Position numbers and translations under genes: made by a program
In this document: piece by piece, positions 1 through 8,013 of the stretch
Position numbering within the stretch: the first letter of the stretch is position 1
How the letters are laid out: each line of letters starts with the position of its first letter
DNA from: a virus
Lineage: Duplodnaviria > Caudoviricetes
DNA length: 64,000 bases
IMG/VR virus record: IMGVR_UViG_3300046460_000154
Coordinates: 103-64,102 of that record
Strand: one strand, 5' to 3'
Notes under the pieces: generated by a model
Database searches by the model: none
What the model was told of the DNA's origin: nothing
Seen by the model: the letters and a program-made list of their open reading frames with translations, nothing else

Positions 1-216
1 CGCCAAATTCTTTTTGCCGGCAACCAATCGCCACGCCGACTGCGTCGCGAGCGCCGCAATCGCCCCCTGAAAACCCTCTCCGCAAAAACCTCCATTTGCC
101 CCTTGATCGACCGGCGAAATATGGTAGAAGGCGCCCACGAAACGCAAGCGGCACCAACCCGCAACCGTTGGGAGGCCAGCCTCCAGGCGTTTCTGCCAAG
201 CTGATAACTCAGCCAT

Positions 217-290
217 TGGGGAATAGGTTAACGGTAGACCCACGGACTCTGACTCCGTTAGTCCTGGTTCGAATCCAGGTTCCCCAGCCA
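217..290 (+). tRNA. host tRNA-Gln (anticodon CTG), prophage integration target
   Basis: TGGGGAA acceptor stem; anticodon arm ACGGA-CTCTGAC-TCCGT; T-arm CCTGG-TTCGAAT-CCAGG; encoded CCA end. Confidence 0.97.
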
Positions 291-291
291 A
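244..291 (+). repeat. attL core (48-bp direct repeat)
   Basis: GGACTCTGACTCCGTTAGTCCTGGTTCGAATCCAGGTTCCCCAGCCAA is identical to 62001..62048. Confidence 0.97.
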
Positions 292-387
292 GCTTTCCAC
301 CACTTTGCGCCATCGGAAAAGCAGGACAAACCGGAACAGACGTCGCACACTCGACACACAAAAGTCGGCACAGTTGCGGAGGCTCTG

Positions 388-822
388 ATGGACTACGTTT
401 CCGAACGCCTGAAAGAAATAGCAGCGGAGGTTGCGGAGCGCGGTCCTCGCTTCAAAAACCTTGAGCGGCACAAAACCCGGCACGGCCGGATCGTGACTTA
501 TTACCGTGTTGGCAATGGAAAGCGCTTCCGGCTCCCGAACCGTGAGGACGTCACGGACACCGAGTTCCAGAAAGCCTACCTAGCCGCGATGTCTGGCAAG
601 GTTTGGGAGAAGCCGAAACGGGCAGAGGTGAGGGGAGAATTTGGGCCGCCAGGGAAACCGGGCTACGTCTATTTTGTCCGCGATGCGTCGTCGGTCAAGA
701 TAGGGTTCACCACTTCGATCAAACAGCGAATGAAGGCTATCCAGAACGCGTGCGCCGATCCCTTGGAAGTGTTGCTTGTAATGCCGGGGACGGACGAGAC
801 GGAGAAATTCGGTATTATGTAG
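388..822 (+). pseudogene. integrase-arm-like domain fused to a GIY-YIG (T5orf172/MUG113-like) nuclease, 3'-truncated by the IS
   Basis: N-term RHGRIVTYYR..RLP resembles alphaproteobacterial integrase N-termini; C-term GYVYFVR..VKIGFT..QRMKAIQ; last codons and stop come from the IS TIR starting at 810. Confidence 0.7.
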
Positions 823-877
823 CAAGCGCACCAACTGACATGATGATTATCATCGTTTGAAGTGCTATCATCATCAT

Positions 878-1324
878 ATGGTTTACGTTCGCACTGACAC
901 TTACGAGCACACAATCTCTGGCCTGTTGGGCAAGAGAGCAGAGATGTTCAACGAAGCCGAGCGCATCCGCGACCGCCTGGCTGAGATCAAGAACGATATC
1001 GGCGCACTGGACAGGGTTCTAGGCACTCTCGGCTATACGGGCGATCTGGACGCCGCCATGCCCCGCCAGAAGCGGGAAGTCATATTCGGTCGCGGCGAGT
1101 TATCCCGCGCCATCGTGAGCGAGTTGCGACACGCAACCGCGCCTTTGAGCAGCAGAGACATTGCGCAAGACATTGTAGCCATGCGCGGCGAGGATGCGAG
1201 GGACCGGAAGTACATTTCAGATTTGACGAAGCGAGTAAGCAAAGCCCTCCGGTCAATGAAGGCGGAGGGCTTCGTTAGGTCGGTTGCCGATGCTAAGGGC
1301 AATCTGAGTTGGGAACGGCGTTAG
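878..1324 (+). CDS. IS passenger: coiled-coil/winged-helix-like hypothetical protein
   Basis: ORF just inside the left TIR; helical N-term, C-term LSSRDIAQ..RVSKALR. Confidence 0.7.
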   Translation: MVYVRTDTYEHTISGLLGKRAEMFNEAERIRDRLAEIKNDIGALDRVLGTLGYTGDLDAAMPRQKREVIFGRGELSRAIVSELRHATAPLSSRDIAQDIVAMRGEDARDRKYISDLTKRVSKALRSMKAEGFVRSVADAKGNLSWERR

Positions 1325-1776
1325 GACGGGTCTTCTTGTTCCGGCGGTTCTGGTTTCCCACCAAGCAGTTTTACGAGGCTAGTGATGCCCGTTCCAAACC
1401 ACGAGGTTTCAGACCACTGTCCGGTTAGAATCACGCGGACCAACAGCGCTATCGCCAAAATACCCAGTATTGAACATAGCGTGGCCATCACGCCGGCGGT
1501 AACTACCATGAACGTTAACGCGAATATCGCTACTGCCACCAAAAGAATCGTGCTGACAAAGCCAATGCGGAAACTCACATGCTCCCGATTGTCTTGCGTT
1601 TCTTTTTGCCCAACGATGGCCTCCGCTAGGCTTGGATCAATTTCAGCAATCTTGCGCAGTTCTGTGAGGTCGGTGCCGTGATAATGGAAGCTGCCTACGG
1701 AGTAGTAATTGTTGGACGACCGCCGCTCCGAGCTGCCCTCCCCGTTATCGTTTTTGTCCGGCGGTAGGATTTCCAT
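1321..1776 (-). CDS. IS passenger: DUF2335-like two-TM membrane protein
   Basis: ELRKIAEIDPSLAEAIV..E..REH motif followed by two hydrophobic helices. Confidence 0.65.
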   Translation of the reverse strand: MEILPPDKNDNGEGSSERRSSNNYYSVGSFHYHGTDLTELRKIAEIDPSLAEAIVGQKETQDNREHVSFRIGFVSTILLVAVAIFALTFMVVTAGVMATLCSILGILAIALLVRVILTGQWSETSWFGTGITSLVKLLGGKPEPPEQEDPS

Positions 1777-1948
1777 GGTTCACGTCACGCGAATTGGGGT
1801 TACGTCCTTCATCCTTGACGACAGACTTGCCGTTAGTAGAAATGCCACCTGTCACGTTCCGAATTGCTTCGCGAAGCGGTGCAAGTGTCAGTGCGTCGTT
1901 GACGCCCTTTCGGAAAGCGCGCTGATCGAATTTTACGACCGTGTTCAT
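1745..1948 (-). CDS. IS passenger: small hypothetical protein upstream of the DUF2335-like gene
   Basis: AGGAG RBS before MNTVVKF; overlaps the next gene. Confidence 0.5.
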   Translation of the reverse strand: MNTVVKFDQRAFRKGVNDALTLAPLREAIRNVTGGISTNGKSVVKDEGRNPNSRDVNHGNPTAGQKR

Positions 1949-2117
1949 AATGGACTCCTTTGCCAACCGCACCCGCAATGGCGCTTAGCACACTGTTTAT
2001 ATATGCACACAATGCATGGCCTTCCAAGGCGTTGCAGTTTCACCCGGTGCATTTAATTATCACGTAATAATCATGGCTAATAATCGTGGTTAAAATCACG
2101 CGTAATTATGTCGCACT

Positions 2118-3092
2118 TCAGGCGACCGAACGCTGCCAGTATCCTTTCCAGTTACGACTTACGGGGTGATCAAGCGCTGCACCAAGCAGTCCCGCAGCAT
2201 TGCCACCATTCGAACGGCGACGGTGATCTTCGCACCACGCAGCATGGTTGGCGTACTGATAGAGGTACTTGTGCGAGACGTGGTGATGCTGACCGGACAC
2301 CATCCGACGCAGGCGCGAGAAGTAGCTTTCGACCCAGTTGGTGTGCTTGCCGTTGCGGTCGCTGTAGGCTTCCGAGTGATTGATACGGCCCGTGTCGAAG
2401 TTCATGTCCAGAATGTCCCAGTGGGTCGCTTCATCGGCGTAGACGACGGCGTCGGCGTCAATGTGATCCTTGGCGAGCTGGACGCCCTCAGCTTCGGAGT
2501 TGCGGACAAAGGTAAGGGTGCGGCCATCACGCTCACGCAGGGCCACCACAACGCGGCGCTTGTCTGACTGGTTCTTCTTCAGGCGGCGGTCCTTACGGTC
2601 TTCCTTGCGGTTCTCAGGGCGAACGTGGCCGCCGAAATAAGCGGCGTCGATCTCGACTTCACCGTCAAGGGCTGCGATCTCGGTTTCAGTGGCAAGAGCT
2701 TCGCGGAGCTTGTGAGAAAGAACCCAAGCCGTCTTGTATTGAACCGAAAGGTCGCGGCTCATCTGGAGCGCGGACAGGCCCTTCACAGCGTTGACGAAAA
2801 TGCAGATCGCGGCGAGCAGATCGGTGAAAGCCATCTTGCGGCTTGCGAAGATCGTACCAGACGTGACCGAGAACTGAGCCGAGCAGGCAGCGCACTTGAA
2901 CTTGCGGCGCGTGCTGATTTCGTAGTGTTCCAGGCAGCCGCACTTGGGGCAAACCGGCTGGCCTTCCGTTTCCTGCCAACGCAGCTTGCGGAACGTCATG
3001 TAAGCCTTTTCCTCGCCACCCTTGTAGATCTCCTTGAGGGAGAGGGTGCGGGCTTCTGCCGAGAGGAGAAAGTGCTGCGCCATTGTCATCAT
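2118..3092 (-). CDS. IS1595-family DDE transposase
   Basis: Zn ribbon CPKCG..CAAC; SGTIF motif; VEIDAAYFGG, VYADE, HTNWVESYFSRLRR. Confidence 0.95.
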   Translation of the reverse strand: MMTMAQHFLLSAEARTLSLKEIYKGGEEKAYMTFRKLRWQETEGQPVCPKCGCLEHYEISTRRKFKCAACSAQFSVTSGTIFASRKMAFTDLLAAICIFVNAVKGLSALQMSRDLSVQYKTAWVLSHKLREALATETEIAALDGEVEIDAAYFGGHVRPENRKEDRKDRRLKKNQSDKRRVVVALRERDGRTLTFVRNSEAEGVQLAKDHIDADAVVYADEATHWDILDMNFDTGRINHSEAYSDRNGKHTNWVESYFSRLRRMVSGQHHHVSHKYLYQYANHAAWCEDHRRRSNGGNAAGLLGAALDHPVSRNWKGYWQRSVA

Positions 3093-3186
3093 ATCCGTTA
3101 CTTATGTATCGGATATAGTACGTTGACCGACTCTTGTAAAGTGCTTATATCATCATATGCGATACATTTTGCATCACGAGTGATAC

Positions 3187-3411
3187 ATGGCAGAAAAGAC
3201 CGACTGGGAAATGACGGCCGCTAACCTCCTGAAAGCGGAATTGAAGCGGAAGGGAGTGACCTATTCCGGTTTAGTTGAGAAGCTTGCACAAATAGGAGTT
3301 GACGAAAAGGAAGTGAACGTGCGGAATAAGCTCTCTCGGGGCAAATTCACGGCAGCGTTCTTACTCCAATGTTTAAGCGCTATTGGGTCATCATCCTTGC
3401 ATTTGGACTGA
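3187..3411 (+). CDS. IS passenger: DUF6471-like HTH regulator
   Basis: LLKAELKRKGVTY..L..NVRNKLSRGKFTAAFLLQCL; divergent from the transposase. Confidence 0.8.
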   Translation: MAEKTDWEMTAANLLKAELKRKGVTYSGLVEKLAQIGVDEKEVNVRNKLSRGKFTAAFLLQCLSAIGSSSLHLD

Positions 3412-4304
3412 TCGGTCTAGGCCATTGCGTTGTCTATGGGCAGTCACCAGAAGACGCCAAAGGCGACAAGGCCAATGCAGAGCGGTCCGAACCCAGCGAC
3501 CAGAGCAAGTCCAATCAGATTGTTTTTCCGGTCAGGATACTCGAAAATCCTCCAAAGACCGAGGCTGACCAGCGGGACGAGCAAGAAGCCGAGCAGCGGG
3601 AAAAAGAAGATCTTGTGGCGCAGCAAAGCGTTGCCGAGTCCACCGAGAAAATCCTTTGGCTGTCTGGCCTCCAGATGATCCTTGCCGTCATCGGCACGGG
3701 CGCTCTCATCTACTCCATCCTTCTCAATCGAAAGGCCACGAACGCGGCTGTCGTGGGTGCTGGCGCGGCTGTCTCGGGAGCTGATGCTGCGCGCGATGCC
3801 GTCGAAGTAGCTCGCAAGATGGGTGACGCTCAAACCAGAGCTTGGCTTGGATTTAACAGTTACCAAATTCTGCTCAACAAAGGCGACAACGGCCTTGTCC
3901 ACGAGATTCACTTTCGCCTGCTTTGGAAAAATTACGGCATCACACCTGCCTTGGATACGAACATCACCACAGATAGGGCCGATTCTGACGTCTTCGAAAG
4001 TGAAGACCCTTTTGCGAGAGACGCCCAATACAATGCGTGCGTCCCGCCGGGTGCAGAGCCCGCCGCTGGCCTCGCGGTCAAACTGCCCATCGAAGAGTTC
4101 TTGGCCACAAAAGACGATCCCGTTGGTATAGTTTCCATGGCTCGCTACAAGACGGTTGCGGATACCGAAAATTTCAAAAATTCGCGTGTCGAAATCGAGT
4201 TGCGATATGTGGGTCTCCCAGGGCTGTCGGATCTCCAAAAGGGCAGCCTTAGCCCCAGCAGTGTTGAGGTCAGGGTTGTGGGTTTCGGCAACATCATGAC
4301 CTGA
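3369..4304 (+). CDS. IS passenger: membrane-anchored hypothetical protein
   Basis: N-terminal signal/TM, second TM near aa 95-120, soluble beta-rich C-term. Confidence 0.75.
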   Translation: MFKRYWVIILAFGLIGLGHCVVYGQSPEDAKGDKANAERSEPSDQSKSNQIVFPVRILENPPKTEADQRDEQEAEQREKEDLVAQQSVAESTEKILWLSGLQMILAVIGTGALIYSILLNRKATNAAVVGAGAAVSGADAARDAVEVARKMGDAQTRAWLGFNSYQILLNKGDNGLVHEIHFRLLWKNYGITPALDTNITTDRADSDVFESEDPFARDAQYNACVPPGAEPAAGLAVKLPIEEFLATKDDPVGIVSMARYKTVADTENFKNSRVEIELRYVGLPGLSDLQKGSLSPSSVEVRVVGFGNIMT

Positions 4305-4405
4305 TGCCAGGGACAGCAAAACCAGCGCAGCCTTAATCATTCAACCACCTTCGCAGTTGGCCCTATGCAACTCGGCACCCTTGGTGCTGTTGCTACATAA
4401 GACCG

Positions 4406-4655
4406 GAAATACACCAGCCCGTATCTATCGGACGAGACGTCGCCGAAAGTCATCGTCATGTGCAAGATCTGCGGCATGCGGAAGCAATACGACACAGCCA
4501 GGATGCTTGAACGGCTTGACGAGGATATCCCCATGCCGACCTTGGTTCGTCGTCTGGCGATAGCAGAGGGATGCCAGAGAGGAATGCATCCGAGCTTCGA
4601 AAACCCCTGCGGTCTGCATTACGATCTCGCGGCAATGGGAAGATCAGTCAGGTGA
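4406..4655 (+). pseudogene. small Cys-containing (Zn-ribbon-like) phage protein, 5' end lost at the IS boundary
   Basis: frame KYTSPYLSDE..CKICG..C..C is open right up to the right TIR; internal ATG at 4458. Confidence 0.55.
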
Positions 4656-4817
4656 TTTGTGCTTTGCCTTCTCGCGGCGCTTTAGCTCGGCTTCTATAGC
4701 GGAGCGGATGAGGTCTAGGCGAGCCTCATCATCTGTAAGCGCAGCGTCGATGTCTGCCAGCATCTCTCCCGACAGAGGCAACGTAATACGTTCAGCGAAT
4801 TGTTTCTTGCGTCCCAC
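4644..4817 (-). CDS. ribbon-helix-helix DNA-binding protein
   Basis: GRKKQFAERITLPLSGEMLADIDAAL..RLDLIRSAIEAEL; GTG start. Confidence 0.75.
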   Translation of the reverse strand: MGRKKQFAERITLPLSGEMLADIDAALTDDEARLDLIRSAIEAELKRREKAKHKSPD

Positions 4818-4831
4818 GCGCGGAGACAAAG

Positions 4832-4923
4832 CGTATGTATGAAATTCTGTCAAGCCGCACCTTTTCGTATGTACGATATTGACGTCATAACATACATACG
4901 ATATACCTTCAATCGTACATACG
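4832..4923. promoter_or_regulatory. divergent promoter region with four CGTATGTAYG boxes
   Basis: boxes at 4832, 4866 (forward) and 4891, 4914 (reverse); TTGACG-N17-TATACC on +; TTGACA on - at 4853..4848. Confidence 0.7.
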
Positions 4924-4938
4924 ATTGGAGGCAAGGAA

Positions 4939-5130
4939 ATGAGACTGTTTTACTGCAAGGAAGCTCCGGGGTTGCACGCCGCCGTAAGGTTCGTGGATGC
5001 GACAGGTCCGCTTGAGACGGTCGCGCTGTTCAAGACTGAGCGAGATGCTCGCCGTTTCGTGAATGCTGGCAACAGGTCGATGTCTTCGGAACAGCAAGAG
5101 GCGGCGCTCGCTCACGCGAAGGTGGCGTGA
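4939..5130 (+). CDS. hypothetical protein
   Basis: GGAGG/AGGA RBS; first gene of a coupled 3-gene operon. Confidence 0.65.
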   Translation: MRLFYCKEAPGLHAAVRFVDATGPLETVALFKTERDARRFVNAGNRSMSSEQQEAALAHAKVA

Positions 5131-5360
5131 TGGCGAACACATTCAAGAGCGTCCGTAAGCAGATCAGTTATGATCCGTGTCACCGGACACAGCGCCAAGC
5201 GACAAGCGCCCAACTCGATTACCTCGCTCAACTGATTTTGGATTGCGAGGGCAAGCCCGGGTTCCGCTGGGATTTCTGCCATCCGGAAAGCTTCACGGTC
5301 CACCGTGCTTCCGTGCTGATCGACAGCCTAACGCGGATCAAGGCCGGGATGGCGTCGTGA
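5127..5360 (+). CDS. hypothetical protein
   Basis: overlap coupling with both neighbours. Confidence 0.6.
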   Translation: MMANTFKSVRKQISYDPCHRTQRQATSAQLDYLAQLILDCEGKPGFRWDFCHPESFTVHRASVLIDSLTRIKAGMAS

Positions 5361-5695
5361 TGGCAAAGCCGGACGCAAAGGGGTGGCGATATACACCCGG
5401 ACTTTGGTATAGAACGGACGGTGCTCGTGTGGAACGACATCGCCATGGCTCTCGAAAGGGTGTCTGGAAAGCGCATCTACCGGGCAGCCAGGCGGTGAGC
5501 CAGAAGATGATCCTGATCGATGGAACGGTCGGTGACCCATTCACAAAGCAGACGCCTTGGCGCGGCTATCGCTATGCAAAATTGGCAAAACATGCGCTCG
5601 ATACCCTCACTATCAACACTTGTAGGCTATCAACAAACAAAAAGCCGCCCCCAGTCCTAAGACCAGAGGCGGCAAGACATGTTGATAGGCGCTGA
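5360..5695 (+). CDS. hypothetical protein
   Basis: TGATG coupling; basic, Trp-rich. Confidence 0.55.
   Translation: MAKPDAKGWRYTPGLWYRTDGARVERHRHGSRKGVWKAHLPGSQAVSQKMILIDGTVGDPFTKQTPWRGYRYAKLAKHALDTLTINTCRLSTNKKPPPVLRPEAARHVDRR
5639..5672 (-). terminator. intrinsic terminator ending the late/lysis operon
   Basis: GCCGCC hairpin followed by a T-run on the minus strand. Confidence 0.6.
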
Positions 5696-5722
5696 GTAAC
5701 GCGAGGGGCGAAGATTCGGTTC

Positions 5723-6010
5723 CTACGGCACCTTGAACCCGCCGGCCATCATGAAGGCGATCACCCCGAGAACGATGCCACCGAGGATAAGCTTGACGAT
5801 CCAGGATATGTTGACCTTGATGGTTTTCAAATCTTCCTTGATCCCGGATAGTTGCTCATCCCGGCGGGCGTCGGTGACGTCACGCTGGCGCGTCCACAGT
5901 TCGAGCGCGGTCAATCGGTTGCCATGGCCGGTGCTGCCATGCTCCAGATTGACTATCCTGCTGCGCAAGTCGAAATCGTGCTGATCCATGTCGGATGTCC
6001 GATCGCTCAT
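5723..6010 (-). CDS. XhlA-like coiled-coil protein with C-terminal TM (lysis-associated)
   Basis: coiled coil then WIVKLILGGIVLGVIAFM. Confidence 0.65.
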   Translation of the reverse strand: MSDRTSDMDQHDFDLRSRIVNLEHGSTGHGNRLTALELWTRQRDVTDARRDEQLSGIKEDLKTIKVNISWIVKLILGGIVLGVIAFMMAGGFKVP

Positions 6011-6061
6011 CTCTATTCCTTCGTCATGCACTGCAATGCAATTAAGTAGCGGGTGGTTCGG

Positions 6062-6280
6062 TTATTTCCGGCAGAGAGGAGCTCGCTGGCACGCCGCGCG
6101 GTTGGTCGCGACTTGGACTGCGAGTTCCCGGTCGTTCGCCGGCAGGTTGGCCCTGGACCAGGCGTTCGGGGTCTCCAACACGAAACCGGCGCCCGACAGG
6201 TCGGAAGCTGGCTTAACCGTCGCTGAGCAGCCCGTCAGAGCGGCGCACAGAGCGATTGCAGCTATCCGGGTCACTGGCAT
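6062..6280 (-). CDS. outer-membrane spanin (Rz1-like lipoprotein)
   Basis: lipobox LTGC; overlaps the i-spanin; downstream of the endolysin. Confidence 0.7.
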   Translation of the reverse strand: MPVTRIAAIALCAALTGCSATVKPASDLSGAGFVLETPNAWSRANLPANDRELAVQVATNRAACQRAPLCRK

Positions 6281-6504
6281 ACTCCCTCGATTGTGCGGCC
6301 ACCTAGGGCGCGGCAGAGGTCTTCGTCAGAGGCCTTGCGCATCACGTCCAGCGCCTTGTCGCTCTCTCGGATAAGCTCCACGGCATCGGCCATGCGCGCC
6401 CGTCGTTCCGCCTCTACAGCGGCGCTGCGCTCCGCATCCATCCACGATTTCATTCCGAATATGACGGATAGGGTGATGAGACCCAAAAGGACGTATTTCA
6501 TCAT
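6271..6504 (-). CDS. inner-membrane spanin (Rz-like)
   Basis: N-terminal TM, coiled coil, C-terminal Cys residues. Confidence 0.7.
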   Translation of the reverse strand: MMKYVLLGLITLSVIFGMKSWMDAERSAAVEAERRARMADAVELIRESDKALDVMRKASDEDLCRALGGRTIEGVCQ

Positions 6505-6602
6505 GGCTTCACCTGTGCATAAATCATGACTGCGAAAAGGAAGACGAAGGCGGCCACCGTGAAAGCGGCGAGGATGAAGCGCATCCGTCCGTTACGAGGC
6601 AT
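6501..6602 (-). CDS. 33-aa single-TM peptide
   Basis: MPRNGRMRFILAAFTVAAFVFLFAVMIYAQVKP; ATGA overlap with the next gene. Confidence 0.5.
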   Translation of the reverse strand: MPRNGRMRFILAAFTVAAFVFLFAVMIYAQVKP

Positions 6603-6607
6603 TCTGT

Positions 6608-7060
6608 TCATGCCCCTATCTTCGAAAGGACAACGGTCGCCGCAACAATAGCTGCGATGACCAATGAAGCTGCCGCCATCATACCCGTATAGCTCTGCCG
6701 CGATCCTTGGCCGCCGCCCTCCATTCGCAGCAGCGTCTCTTTCGTGTCGTTGAGCCGGGTTTCTAACGCCCCGATAGCTTGGAGCACTGCATTCTCGCTT
6801 TTTGCGGCGGCTTCCTTTTGCGCCTGAAGGGCAACGTCGATTGATTTTTGATCGCTTACGGCAACAGCGGAATTCCGCTTCTCCATTTCCGAAAACCGCA
6901 GATCCATTTCACGGGCCATTGCCTTGATACGCTCTTCGAGCACGTTGGCCGTTGGCTGCCGGTTTGAATCTTCCTGCAACAGGCGGACGGCTTTGCCGGT
7001 CTCCTCGAACCGAGCGTCGAATAACTCGCGCAGGGAATTCAGGGCGCCGGGATCGGTCAT
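6608..7060 (-). CDS. coiled-coil protein with C-terminal TM (lysis cassette)
   Basis: coupled to the holin; hydrophobic C-term. Confidence 0.7.
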   Translation of the reverse strand: MTDPGALNSLRELFDARFEETGKAVRLLQEDSNRQPTANVLEERIKAMAREMDLRFSEMEKRNSAVAVSDQKSIDVALQAQKEAAAKSENAVLQAIGALETRLNDTKETLLRMEGGGQGSRQSYTGMMAAASLVIAAIVAATVVLSKIGA

Positions 7061-7338
7061 TGCTTGATTTCCACCGAGGTCTCGGATGTTGATGGAGTGG
7101 CCTGATCGACAGCGGACTGGGCAATCATCTCTTTGCCTTTGAAGCGGTCGTCCATAACCGAACCTGTCATGTAGACACCAAAAGCACCCATGATGATGAG
7201 CATGAGGGTCGAGAGCGAATCCCGCCGCAGGGCATCGTCAACGCCGAAGACCACCACATAGGATAGCAGGGCAAGCCCGACGACGAGGATCGCGAAGAAA
7301 GCGATGCGGCGATAGTACCAGCTTCGTTCGAACATCAT
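7057..7338 (-). CDS. putative holin (2 TM)
   Basis: two TM helices, charged tail, directly after the endolysin. Confidence 0.65.
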   Translation of the reverse strand: MMFERSWYYRRIAFFAILVVGLALLSYVVVFGVDDALRRDSLSTLMLIIMGAFGVYMTGSVMDDRFKGKEMIAQSAVDQATPSTSETSVEIKQ

Positions 7339-7967
7339 GCCCCTGCCGCCTTCAGCGCCGCTTCGAACCTGACTGCGATGAGCGCGATTTGCTCCGCCTT
7401 GTCGGTGCCGTTGATAATTGGGCGGGCGTTCCGATACTCGCGAAGGTCTTCGCTGTCGGCCTCGTCGATGTCATCGATATAATCGTCCAGCGTCTTGCCG
7501 GTAAACCAACCCTCCTCCATGCCCCGGATCATGATCTGCGCTGCGATGGGCGGGCTCATGGCGAGATCGGGATGATTGACGAGATCGGCGCCGAGCTTGG
7601 CCGCTGCTTTCTCGTAATTGGCCTTGTGGGTAAGCTGAACGTATCCGCGACCAAGCCAGGACTTGCCGCTGGCATCCTTGCGCCAATAGGGCTTGCGGAC
7701 CCAAGGAAGGCGACCGCGAGCAAATGCGTTGTCGAGCACCCGGATAGCCAGGTCATCGCTGGAGGCCAGTGTCTCGCGGACTGGGAGCATAGTGTGGGCG
7801 GTTTCCCAGAACGCGGTGGCGAGCATGTACGCCGCGTGGTTTCTTTCGATGTCGCCCTCGGCCTCAATGCTGTCGAGCAAGAATTCGAAGCCCGTCACTT
7901 GAGCCTGCGTGAGCTTTCCGGCGAACAACGAGGCTCGCACGGCGCTGAAAAATGCGCTTCTCTGCAT
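7335..7967 (-). CDS. endolysin, GH19/lysozyme-like
   Basis: AYMLATAFWET; GRGYVQLTHKANY; ARPIINGTD. Confidence 0.88.
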   Translation of the reverse strand: MQRSAFFSAVRASLFAGKLTQAQVTGFEFLLDSIEAEGDIERNHAAYMLATAFWETAHTMLPVRETLASSDDLAIRVLDNAFARGRLPWVRKPYWRKDASGKSWLGRGYVQLTHKANYEKAAAKLGADLVNHPDLAMSPPIAAQIMIRGMEEGWFTGKTLDDYIDDIDEADSEDLREYRNARPIINGTDKAEQIALIAVRFEAALKAAGA

Positions 7968-8013
7968 CTTCTGTTTCCTTCTGGCAATTTATGGCCGCCT
8001 CAGTGGGCGGGGG

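Larger units (their letters stand above)
810..4405 (-). mobile_element. IS1595-family (ISNha5-like) transporter IS with passenger genes
   Basis: 25-bp TIRs: CGGTATTATGTAGCAAGCGCACCAA (810..834) and the reverse complement of 4381..4405, CGGTCTTATGTAGCAACAGCACCAA (22/25); internal DDE transposase. Confidence 0.9.

Noticed and set aside
96-464. ORF overlapping the tRNA
   Set aside because: It spans tRNA-Gln and attL; spurious
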